62,159 nucleotides of DNA from Patescibacteria group bacterium (GTDB lineage Bacteria; Patescibacteriota; Minisyncoccia; Sungbacterales; HO2-52-23), in the NCBI GenBank assembly GCA_038063315.1, contig JBBTVI010000008.1:1-62159 (forward strand). The letters run 5' to 3'. Numbering within the stretch: the stretch's first letter is position 1; each line of letters begins with the position of its first letter. The position numbers and the translations under genes were made by a program. Below are positions 51,252 through 59,512 of this stretch, in pieces. The notes beneath the pieces were generated by a model, which saw nothing but the letters and a program-made list of their open reading frames with translations, did not search any database and was not told where the DNA came from.

Positions 51252-51339
51252 GTCATTGCGAGGAGTCCTGCTGCGGGACGACGAAGCAATCCAGAAACAT
51301 CAGTGGATTGCTTCGCTCCCTGCGGTCGCTCGCAATGAC
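51252..51339. repeat. REP-1 element, copy 11 (between rpsK and rpsM)
   Basis: GTCATTGCGAGGAGTCCTGCTGCGGGACGACGAAGCAATCCAGAAACATCAGTGGATTGCTTCGCTCCCTGCGGTCGCTCGCAATGAC. Confidence 0.9.
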
Positions 51340-51359
51340 GGAAGGAAGGGGCTTTACCG

Positions 51360-51746
51360 TTACGTCGGCGATGAGGCCGGTTTTCTTCCCGATCCCATTG
51401 TTTTTCTCACGTTGCCCCGCCGCGTCCGGGAATTGGTGCGCGTGCGTTGCCCTCTGACGGGAAGTCCGCGCATGTGGCGCGTCCCGCGGTTGGTTCCGAG
51501 TTCCCGCAGCCGCTTGATATTTGCCGTAATCTCGCGGCGCAGATCGCCCTCTATTTTATATTTTTTTTCAATCGCCTCGCGAAGACGGTTGGTTTCTTCC
51601 GGCGTCAGGTCGCGGCTGCGCTTTTCCGGATCGATCCCCGTCGCGGCAAGGATGCTTTTGGCGGACGTCAAACCGACGCCGTAGATGTACGGCAGGGCGT
51701 ATGCGATTTTCTTGTTATCGGGAATGTTGATGCCGACGATGCGCAT
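51360..51746 (-). CDS. rpsM: 30S ribosomal protein S13
   Basis: MRIVGINIP, YIYGVG, RGLPVRGQRTRTN. Confidence 0.95.
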   Translation of the reverse strand: MRIVGINIPDNKKIAYALPYIYGVGLTSAKSILAATGIDPEKRSRDLTPEETNRLREAIEKKYKIEGDLRREITANIKRLRELGTNRGTRHMRGLPVRGQRTRTNSRTRRGNVRKTMGSGRKPASSPT

Positions 51747-51751
51747 GCTGA

Positions 51752-51832
51752 TAAGATGGAAGTATGGGGTCTGTATTATGTATTATGGGAATTCTTCCAA
51801 TCCATAATTCATAATACAAGCCCCATAATTCA
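51752..51832. repeat. AT-rich palindromic element, copy d
   Basis: TAAGATGGAAGTATGGGGTCTGTATTATGTATTATGGGAATTCTTCCAATCCATAATTCATAATACAAGCCCCATAATTCA; 5 nt upstream of rpsM start. Confidence 0.8.
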
Positions 51833-51840
51833 CCGTCTTG

Positions 51841-51954
51841 TCATCCTTGTCTCTGCTTATGTTTCGGCGTAGAACAAATCACGCGGACGCGGCGCTTGCG
51901 CCGGACCACGATGCACTTGGCGCACATTTTTTTCACTGACGCGCGGACTTTCAT
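51841..51954 (-). CDS. rpmJ: 50S ribosomal protein L36
   Basis: hand translation [37 protein letters not shown]; below the ORF-track length cut-off. Confidence 0.9.
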   Translation of the reverse strand: MKVRASVKKMCAKCIVVRRKRRVRVICSTPKHKQRQG

Positions 51955-51957
51955 TTT

Positions 51958-52185
51958 CTATTTATACCTCTTCACGATTCGTCCCCTGGTTTCGTCGTAG
52001 GGCGTCATCTCCACGCTGACGCGGTCGCCCGGCAGCACCTTGATATAATAGAGGCGCATCTTACCGGAGAGGTGCGCGAGCACCGTTCGTCCGTCGTCGA
52101 GCGCGACGCGAAAAAACGCGTTCGGCAGCCCTTCGGTTACCGTTCCTTCGGCAAAGGTCTTTCCCTTATCCTTTCCTTTATCCAT
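51958..52185 (-). CDS. infA: translation initiation factor IF-1
   Basis: [46 protein letters not shown]. Confidence 0.92.
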   Translation of the reverse strand: MDKGKDKGKTFAEGTVTEGLPNAFFRVALDDGRTVLAHLSGKMRLYYIKVLPGDRVSVEMTPYDETRGRIVKRYK

Positions 52186-52242
52186 GGCGTATATTGGTCA
52201 ATAATAAATGAAGATTGGATATTCGTCAAGCGGAGGACTCAC

Positions 52243-53784
52243 TCAGACCCCGGCTTCATGTGGCAGATGAATACTAAAAGTGGAACCCACCCCACTTTCA
52301 CTTATCAGAGTGATAGTACCGCCGAGCGTCTTCATAATTTCTTTAGTAATCCAAAGACCGAGACCCGTTCCTTCTGTGACGGTGGTCTTCGCTCTCCAAA
52401 ATTTATTAAAAATTTTTTCCTTCTCCTCCGGCGAAAGACCTATGCCGGTATCCCGGACGTGAATGATGATTTCCCCCGCAGTATACTCTGCGCTCACCGT
52501 TACGCTGCCGTCGGGTCTGTTATATTTGATGGCATTAGTCAGTAAATTGTTGAGCACTTCTTTCAACCGCCCGCCGTCAGTAGAAAGTGGCGGCAGAGCC
52601 GTTAAGCCCTTTTCCTCTATAACCAATGCAATACTTTTGTCGTGAGCGAGCGATGTAACGCTGAGGACTGACTCGTGGATAATCGGAGTAATATTGGTGG
52701 GGCGTCGCTCCGCTTGTTGGGTTCGCGACTCGAGACGCGCGACATCCAAAAGGTCCCGTACGAGATCTTGCAGTCTCCGGCCGCTGATCGTCAGATCCTT
52801 CAAGATGGCTTTGTGCTGTGCGGATATTTTGTCTGAGGGCAAACCCGAAGACAAAAGTTCAGTATTGCCTACTATAGATAAGACGGGGGAGCGAAGCTCA
52901 TGCGCCGCAATGAACACAAATTCATCTTTGAGTTTAGCAATCTCTTCTGCTTGCTCAAGTTTTTTCTCTGTTTCCTCATGGAGTGCACGGGTACGCTCGC
53001 GTATTTTGGACTCCAGGTCGAGTGTGTACCCGGCCAATTGCTGTCCTTGTCGCTTGATGGTGCGTGACGCCCTCCATACAATAAACGAAAGAGTGGAAAA
53101 CACGAGCGCGAGGGAAAGAATGACACGAACATTGAATTGGTTCTGTACCTTTTTAATCTGCTCCTTGAGGAAACCGGAGCGACCGTAAACCTCAACAACT
53201 CCAAGGGCGTGAGGTGATTCGCTAAAGGTAATGGGTGCGTAAAACTCTATTCCTTCACCAAACTCCACTTCGTAGAGATCGTGAGGGTCACGCGGATCAA
53301 AGATTTTAATCCCAATCTCCGATTTCAGCGCGAGAGCGTTTTTTAGATCATCAGTCAAAGGGAAAACCCTTCCAATCAGCTGTTCCTCATCAGAATACAC
53401 AATGGTACCGCGAGGATTCCAGATCTTGATCCGGAAAAGTCCCGGAAATTGAAGATTGTCGGCAAAGCGTTCAAACCGGGCCTTACTTTCTCCGACCGCA
53501 GGTTGGACCAAATCTTCGGGCAGAAGCAGCTCTGCGGCAAGCCGGTTAAAAAATACCGAGGAGTTTAATTCCTGTTGCTTCAGAACAAAAGAGGTCAGTA
53601 AGGGGCCGACCAGCATTGAGAGAAAAATGCCGATGGCCAAAAATATGACAATGCCGAGAAGGACAAATTGGGAGAAGACACTCAGATGTTTCAACCCTTT
53701 TCTGGTCTTGATTTCGAATAACTTTAAACTCCAATACCACCTTGAGTTCCGAAACCCTTTTGTCGGCGTGTTGAAGAAATTCAT
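52243..53784 (-). CDS. sensor histidine kinase HK-C
   Basis: H-box AAHELRSPVLSI, LLTNAIKYN, DTGIGL, GTGLGL; true start uncertain (a TTG at about 53694 is possible). Confidence 0.8.
   Translation of the reverse strand: MNFFNTPTKGFRNSRWYWSLKLFEIKTRKGLKHLSVFSQFVLLGIVIFLAIGIFLSMLVGPLLTSFVLKQQELNSSVFFNRLAAELLLPEDLVQPAVGESKARFERFADNLQFPGLFRIKIWNPRGTIVYSDEEQLIGRVFPLTDDLKNALALKSEIGIKIFDPRDPHDLYEVEFGEGIEFYAPITFSESPHALGVVEVYGRSGFLKEQIKKVQNQFNVRVILSLALVFSTLSFIVWRASRTIKRQGQQLAGYTLDLESKIRERTRALHEETEKKLEQAEEIAKLKDEFVFIAAHELRSPVLSIVGNTELLSSGLPSDKISAQHKAILKDLTISGRRLQDLVRDLLDVARLESRTQQAERRPTNITPIIHESVLSVTSLAHDKSIALVIEEKGLTALPPLSTDGGRLKEVLNNLLTNAIKYNRPDGSVTVSAEYTAGEIIIHVRDTGIGLSPEEKEKIFNKFWRAKTTVTEGTGLGLWITKEIMKTLGGTITLISESGVGSTFSIHLPHEAGV
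53308..53679. repeat. 372-bp segment about 98% identical to 55798-56169 (N-terminal sensor module of HK-C/HK-D)
   Basis: 8 mismatches counted by eye, no gaps, offset 2490. Confidence 0.85.
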
Positions 53785-54341
53785 GGGGTTGCCGATTCCG
53801 TCCTATCTGCATTTGTACTATTGCGACCCTTTCGTTGCATTTCTATCTCTTGCGTTTTCTCCTCTAATTTTTCCAAAAGACGGTCGCTATGTATTTCCAA
53901 AAAGGCTGTCTTCTGAAAAGGCGGGTCGTCTGAGACCAATTTTTTCGCCAAAGCGTCCTGGAGAATTCCGGTCACCTCTTGGATTAAGGCCTGCGGCGTA
54001 ATCGGCTTACGGAGAAAGAGGTCCGCTCCGGTTTTCAGCGCCAACCATTCATCCTTTTTCTCAAGATACGTAGCCGTCAGGATGATGAAGGGAATAAATC
54101 TTAATTCCTCGTCCTGCTTCACCTTGTGGCACAATGTAAAACCATCCATCTCGGGCATGAGTATATCGGAGATGATAATGTCGGGTAATTCCTTCTGTAT
54201 CTTTTTCCATGCCTCCTCACCGTTAGAGGCCGTCATGACGTCATAATTCTGATGCTCAAAGATTGTCCTGAGCAACAGCACGCCCTCCTCTTTGTCGTCG
54301 ACGACGAGCATTTTAATTTTTCTCGCGGATTCTTGATTCAT
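53781..54341 (-). CDS. response regulator (receiver domain + about 60-aa helical C-terminal tail)
   Basis: MLVVDDKEEG, IIISDILMPEMDG, FIILTA, LRKP; start trimmed to MNQESARK. Confidence 0.75.
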   Translation of the reverse strand: MNQESARKIKMLVVDDKEEGVLLLRTIFEHQNYDVMTASNGEEAWKKIQKELPDIIISDILMPEMDGFTLCHKVKQDEELRFIPFIILTATYLEKKDEWLALKTGADLFLRKPITPQALIQEVTGILQDALAKKLVSDDPPFQKTAFLEIHSDRLLEKLEEKTQEIEMQRKGRNSTNADRTESATP

Positions 54342-54387
54342 GAGATTGGTGTTTAAGTCGGCGGGAACAGATTTTATCGCCAAGATA

Positions 54388-54783
54388 TTAGTTCTCACCG
54401 CCAAGGAAGTTCTGTAGCGTTTTTAAAACCTCTGTCGGATCAATGGGTTTAGGGATGTAATCATCGCAACCCGCAGCTTTGGCTTTTTCCCGGTCCCCCT
54501 GCATCGCATACGAGGTCAGCGCGATGATGGGAATTTTGTTCAAATCCGGGATCGCTTTAATCCTTTGCGTGGCCGTATAGCCGTCCAGTTTGGGGAGTTG
54601 TACGTCCATCAAAATAAGATCGGGTTTTTGCGTTTGGGCCTTCTCTATCCCGTCTAGTCCGTTATGAGCTCGGACTACCTCGTAACGATTGGCCTCCAAT
54701 AAAAATTTTATTAGATAGAAGTTATTCTCGTTGTCTTCAATCACTAAAATCTTTTTTTTAAATTTGTTTTCTTTATCCATCAT
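54388..54783 (-). CDS. single-domain response regulator (CheY-like receiver)
   Basis: ILVIEDNENN, LILMDVQLPKLDG, IIALTSYAMQGDREK, YIPKP. Confidence 0.85.
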   Translation of the reverse strand: MMDKENKFKKKILVIEDNENNFYLIKFLLEANRYEVVRAHNGLDGIEKAQTQKPDLILMDVQLPKLDGYTATQRIKAIPDLNKIPIIALTSYAMQGDREKAKAAGCDDYIPKPIDPTEVLKTLQNFLGGEN

Positions 54784-54789
54784 ATTGCT

Positions 54790-56193
54790 TTAGCTCTTGC
54801 TTCTATTTTGGGGAGGGACCTTAGGAAGAAAAATCGTAAAAGTAGAACCCTTGCCCGACTCACTGCTAAACTCCACTGTCCCGCCCATTAGTTCAATATT
54901 CTTCTTCACGATAACCAAACCAAGTCCCGTTCCTCCGAATTCACGGGTTATTCCCATGTCCGCCTGGCCGAAGGGTTTGAAGAGCTTCCCAAAATCTTCT
55001 TCTTTAATCCCGATACCAGTGTCGACCACACTAATACTGATTTTATCATCCAGTACATGACACTGCACATTCACGCTGCCCTGTTTTGTAAATTTCACAG
55101 CATTGTTGATCAGATTCAGCAGTATGACTTTAAAGCGTTGATGATCCGTTACTATCTCCTGATGGCAAGCGTCCGTCTTGCTCAATGCGATTCCCTTGAC
55201 CGCGGCCTGGGGTGTATGGCTAGAGATGATGTCCCCGATGACATCGCCAATATCAAAGGTCTTGGATACAAGTTCAGACTTACCGGCCTCAATCCGTGAC
55301 AGATCCAGCACGTCATTCACTAAATTAAGCAGATGTTCCCCGCTTTGCTCCACCACCCGGAGCTGTTTTTTCTGTTCCGGTTGAAGTTCACCTGTCAGTC
55401 CCATGAGTAAAATCTTGACAAACCCGATGATTGAATTTAAAGGAGTTCTCAATTCGTGGGACATGGTGGAAAGAAATTCCGATTTTGCCCGGGCAGCAGC
55501 CTGAGCGTCGAAAAGCGCCGCTTCCAAATTTTTGGTTCTCAACCGGATGGTTTCGGACGCCCTCCATACAATAAAGGAAAGAGTAATAAACATGAAGACA
55601 AGCGAAAGAGCAATTCGAACAATGAAATCGTTACGCACCTTGTCAATCTGTTGTATGAGGAAACCGGAACGTCCATATACCTCAACGACACCGACGGGCT
55701 TAACCTCTCCTCCAAAGGTGAGAGGCGTGTAAAATGCTATACCTTCTTTGAATTTTTTCTCATAGAGCGTCTGCGGATCGTTTGGGTCGAAACTGACAAT
55801 CCCAATCTCCGATTTCAGCGCGAGAGCGTTTTTTAGATCATCAGTCAAAGGGAAAACCCTTCCAATCAGCTGTTCCTCATCAGAATACACAATGGTACCG
55901 CGAGGATTCCAGATCTTGATCCGGAAAAGTCCCGGAAATTGAAGATTGTCGACAAAGCGTTCAAACCTGGCCTTGCTTTCTCCGACCGCAGGTTGGACAA
56001 AATCTTCGGGCAGAAGCAGTTCTGCAGCAAGCCGGTTAAAAAATACCGAGGAGTTTAATTCCTGCTGCTTCAGAACAAAAGAGGTCAGTAAGGGGCCGAC
56101 CAGCATTGAGAGAAAAATTCCGATGGCCAAAAATATGACAATGCCGAGAAGGACAAATTGGGAGAAGACGGAAAAATGTTTCATGGTTTTCAT
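54790..56193 (-). CDS. sensor histidine kinase HK-D
   Basis: H-box MSHELRTPLNSI, LINNAVKFT, DTGIGI, GTGLGL; N-terminal about 125 aa nearly identical to HK-C. Confidence 0.85.
   Translation of the reverse strand: MKTMKHFSVFSQFVLLGIVIFLAIGIFLSMLVGPLLTSFVLKQQELNSSVFFNRLAAELLLPEDFVQPAVGESKARFERFVDNLQFPGLFRIKIWNPRGTIVYSDEEQLIGRVFPLTDDLKNALALKSEIGIVSFDPNDPQTLYEKKFKEGIAFYTPLTFGGEVKPVGVVEVYGRSGFLIQQIDKVRNDFIVRIALSLVFMFITLSFIVWRASETIRLRTKNLEAALFDAQAAARAKSEFLSTMSHELRTPLNSIIGFVKILLMGLTGELQPEQKKQLRVVEQSGEHLLNLVNDVLDLSRIEAGKSELVSKTFDIGDVIGDIISSHTPQAAVKGIALSKTDACHQEIVTDHQRFKVILLNLINNAVKFTKQGSVNVQCHVLDDKISISVVDTGIGIKEEDFGKLFKPFGQADMGITREFGGTGLGLVIVKKNIELMGGTVEFSSESGKGSTFTIFLPKVPPQNRSKS
55798..56169. repeat. 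372-bp segment about 98% identical to 53308-53679
   Basis: see 53308-53679. Confidence 0.85.
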
Positions 56194-56900
56194 GGCAAAA
56201 CAGTAATAACTCCGTAGGTTGGCGGATCGTCCATTAAATGCTCATGGTACCCGTATGCGCCCGGTTTCCGAAAAGTGTACGAATAGGTCTGGCCATTGGA
56301 GATACCCCCGAGCGCATCAAATTGAGGGAGTGAACTATGCGTTGGATGGGGATCGGATCCCGGCCAATGGAGAGCATCATCATCGTTGATAAAAGTTAAG
56401 GTGTCTCGCACGTAGAGCGTGACATTAGCCGGTTGGGTGCGCGTATTGCTGTAGATGTGGATGATCACTTCTTGTGGTTCGCGTGGTGGCGAAGCCGTGA
56501 CCGTTGAAGAAGTCGGAGTCACATCGCCATTCGAAGGTTGTGGAGGAGGAGGAGGCGGTGGTTCGGGTAGCGAAGATGGTTGCGAAGGTGTTAGTGATGG
56601 TGGTGGTGGTGCGAGACGGAGAGGTGGCGGCGGAGGTGGTGCAAACACTTTCGGAGGCTGCAAAACGGAAGGTAGAGTCGTCGGTGTGTCTGAGGACATC
56701 ACCGGTGCGGGCTCATGAGGAGCAGTAACCGTCGTGGACGACGTGGATTGTTCTGTAACGTTCTGCTCAGAAGAAAGAACGGACGGGGATGGCCGGGAGG
56801 ATTCTATTTCTGTATCTCGAACTCTCAAAAAATCAACGCTGGCCAGACCCAGAGCAAGAAACAAAACTATAGCAAACAGAATCAAGATTTTGGTTTTCAT
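56190..56900 (-). CDS. membrane-anchored Pro-rich protein with C-terminal His-rich cupredoxin-like module
   Basis: signal anchor MKTKILILFAIVLFLAL, PPPPPPLRLAPPPPS linker, C-terminal TFINDDDALHWPGSDPHPTHS...GAYGYHEHL; start trimmed to MKTKIL. Confidence 0.65.
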   Translation of the reverse strand: MKTKILILFAIVLFLALGLASVDFLRVRDTEIESSRPSPSVLSSEQNVTEQSTSSTTVTAPHEPAPVMSSDTPTTLPSVLQPPKVFAPPPPPPLRLAPPPPSLTPSQPSSLPEPPPPPPPQPSNGDVTPTSSTVTASPPREPQEVIIHIYSNTRTQPANVTLYVRDTLTFINDDDALHWPGSDPHPTHSSLPQFDALGGISNGQTYSYTFRKPGAYGYHEHLMDDPPTYGVITVLP

Positions 56901-56945
56901 CAATAAAGCTCCCTGCATCAAAGGTGTAAACAACGCTCAGTATTC

Positions 56946-57127
56946 TTAGAAACCGTCTAAAAACCTCCCATCCGTCATTGCGAGCGACCCCGAGTTGTCG
57001 AGGGGGCGCGCGGCAATCCAGGAATTTTTCTGGATTGCGGAGCCTGTCCCGAGCCCTTCGACTGCACTCAGGATAAACTCCGCGAAGGATCGTCTGACTC
57101 CTCGCAATGACTTTTTAGACGGTTTCT
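56946..57127. repeat. REP-1 element, copy 12, nested inside outer inverted repeat TTAGAAACCGTCTAAAAA / TTTTTAGACGGTTTCT
   Basis: core 56974-57111 = unit B + extended reversed unit C. Confidence 0.9.
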
Positions 57128-57135
57128 TACACCAA

Positions 57136-59340
57136 TTATTTTACAATAATCCGACCGCGTTTCCGGACAAAAAGGTGATCATGATAATCCCAACTACCCT
57201 TCTCGGTAAAAATAAAGGTATAAGATTCGCCGGGTTTTATCCCGCGACACGCATCGAAAGCGCTTTGGAAACACCCGCCACCTTCGGGATAACCAGTATG
57301 AATAGGGTGAGGATCGGTTGCGGGCCACGAAAGATTTTGTGTGTTATTGATCCATCGAATCGTATCTCCGGCAGATATGTTTAATTGCTGAGAGGAGAAA
57401 CCATTCTCATCGATAAAGACAATGTTTTGTTTCTCCACCGGGGAAACCCGCAATACGACTCCGGGGATTTCCTTTTGGTTTGATGCCGCGTCGAGAAATG
57501 CATTAAGTTTTGCCCTGGTCTTTGGACCTACTATCCCAAGACCCGTATCGCGTTGGGTGCCCTCAGATATAATACCATATTGCCACTGGAAACGCTGCAC
57601 AGCCAATTGTGTCAGTGGTCCAAAATAACCAGTCCGTAATCCCTCGGGATACAGAATGGCATCTTGCGCCAACCACTCCTGAAGAATATAAACCTCTTCG
57701 TCGCGCATGCCGAATCGGAGCGTTTTCGTGACTACAAGACGCTTTTTTTCCTCTCCTTCATTAGATATGCCGAGCGGCATCGTCAACTCCAGGATCTTTC
57801 TTTGTACTTCTTTCAGTTGTGCTGTCATTTTTTCCAGGGTAACTGCGACGTCTTTTTTCTCCTCAACAATTGGGGTAATAGTGCTGTCGGTCATTGTCGA
57901 AGTTGCGGTCTCTCCCACCGGACCTTTGGAAATTTCAGGGAGAAGCGTCGCTGCCGACGTAAAAGAGGGATGGGTTGAAAATTCACCCTGCCACGCAAAA
58001 GGAAAAATACCATAAAAATATTTCTTCGCAGGCTCAAGCCCCTTGTCTTCAAATTCTTCGCTGCGTCCCCGGAAGATGACTTGCCCATCATGGGGGCCGG
58101 CAGGGAGAGCAAGTTCGTTACGCACAATCTGGACGCCCAAGAAATCTTCTTCTACGGGATTTTTCCATTGAAGAATCGTGGAGGTAGGGCGTGGATCCAA
58201 AGAGAGACGCGCCACCCGAAAAGTTGTCGTGGTAGCGGTTGCTATCTGGGGAAGAGGAACCGACGGAAGATCTTTTCGGGGAGTCAGCAGGATACGAATG
58301 GGGCCGACACTGAGACCGAGTCCATTTTGGCTGAAAATAGAATAATAATAGGTTACATCGTTTTTCGCATCGTCGTCATAGGCATAGCGGCCATCACGGC
58401 TCACCGCTATCAGGAACGCCTCCTCCTGAGGATTTTCGGCAAACCGGTCGGTCCTGCGTACTACCAATACTCGGGAGAAATTAATATCGACGGGGTTGAC
58501 CCAGGAAAGAATAACACCGTTTGATCCTGCGACGCCAAAGGCACTGGTGACGGTAAGTGGCGGCCTGTCGGAAAGAGTACGAAAAGGAACGGAGGGTTTC
58601 GAAGCGACGCTGTCGAAACCATGGGTAAATTCATAAGCCGCAATAAAATATTTCGCGTCGTACAGCGTATCGGGATTTAATCCGTTGACGGCAAACTCTA
58701 TGATCTCGCCATTGTCCACGATTCTATCCTGAAAATCGACTGATTGTATGATTCCTCCGGAATCTTCATAGAGCCTTATGCGATACATTTCTCTTTCCCA
58801 TGGAGATTTAAATTGAAAACGCGCTGAGTAAAACGAAGGTATGACATTAATAAACTCTGCGGGGGTCTCAAAACTCTGCGGTGCCGTCAAAATAACTGGT
58901 CCTTTTCTAACGACGGTCGTCGCGGCAGCACAACTTGCGCGGACGGCAAAATTCGCATTAGATTGATCCCAGACGTTGGTGGAATTATGATTATTATTGT
59001 GTGCCTCGACCCATATACGGCCTGTTTCGGATATATCGCCGCTACTGGGGGTCCAATCAAATGTTGTTTGTGTGAGCGGATGTTTAATGGCCGAAGAATC
59101 TATGTTTCCCCCTCCGGCGGCGGCAGCAGGTTGTGTGCCGTCGGTTTTATAATAAAGAGCCGCATGGTCCGTATCCCCTGACAGAGTCACCGTGACGGTG
59201 TAGGATTGCCCGACCGTCAGACATTCTGCTCCGTTGGGCAACGTCACAGAAACCGAAACGGCATTGGCATCAAAAGCAATGCCCAAAAATAATAGAATGA
59301 GAAAAAAAGTTATTTTCTTCACGTGGGGATGTAACGACAA
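57136..59340 (-). CDS. large secreted/cell-surface protein (Ig/FN3-like repeats, peptidoglycan-binding-like domain, C-terminal His-rich cupredoxin-like module)
   Basis: signal peptide KKITFFLILLFLGIAFDANA; PG_binding-like MRDEEVYILQEWLAQD..GYFGPLTQLAVQRFQ; C-terminal IRWINNTQNLSWPATDPHPIHT...GSWDYHDHL. Confidence 0.7.
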   Translation of the reverse strand: MSLHPHVKKITFFLILLFLGIAFDANAVSVSVTLPNGAECLTVGQSYTVTVTLSGDTDHAALYYKTDGTQPAAAAGGGNIDSSAIKHPLTQTTFDWTPSSGDISETGRIWVEAHNNNHNSTNVWDQSNANFAVRASCAAATTVVRKGPVILTAPQSFETPAEFINVIPSFYSARFQFKSPWEREMYRIRLYEDSGGIIQSVDFQDRIVDNGEIIEFAVNGLNPDTLYDAKYFIAAYEFTHGFDSVASKPSVPFRTLSDRPPLTVTSAFGVAGSNGVILSWVNPVDINFSRVLVVRRTDRFAENPQEEAFLIAVSRDGRYAYDDDAKNDVTYYYSIFSQNGLGLSVGPIRILLTPRKDLPSVPLPQIATATTTTFRVARLSLDPRPTSTILQWKNPVEEDFLGVQIVRNELALPAGPHDGQVIFRGRSEEFEDKGLEPAKKYFYGIFPFAWQGEFSTHPSFTSAATLLPEISKGPVGETATSTMTDSTITPIVEEKKDVAVTLEKMTAQLKEVQRKILELTMPLGISNEGEEKKRLVVTKTLRFGMRDEEVYILQEWLAQDAILYPEGLRTGYFGPLTQLAVQRFQWQYGIISEGTQRDTGLGIVGPKTRAKLNAFLDAASNQKEIPGVVLRVSPVEKQNIVFIDENGFSSQQLNISAGDTIRWINNTQNLSWPATDPHPIHTGYPEGGGCFQSAFDACRGIKPGESYTFIFTEKGSWDYHDHLFVRKRGRIIVK

Positions 59341-59355
59341 AAGTAAAATATTTTT

Positions 59356-59494
59356 TTAAGAAACCGTCTAAAAACCTCCCATCCGTCATTGCGAGCGACC
59401 CCGAGTCATCGAGGGGGCGCGCGGCAATCCAGGATTTTGGATTGCGGAGCCTGTCCCGAGCGAAGCGAGGGATCCATCCATTCCTCGCAATGAC
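59356..59494. repeat. REP-1 element, copy 13 (left outer arm only)
   Basis: TTAAGAAACCGTCTAAAAACCTCCCATCC + unit B + reversed unit C. Confidence 0.9.
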
Positions 59495-59512
59495 GGATAT
59501 GAAAATTTATTC

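Noticed and set aside
56455-56728. Gly-rich plus-strand ORFs (GGGGGGSGSEDG...)
   Set aside because: They are antisense translations of the poly-Pro linker of the 56190..56900 gene.
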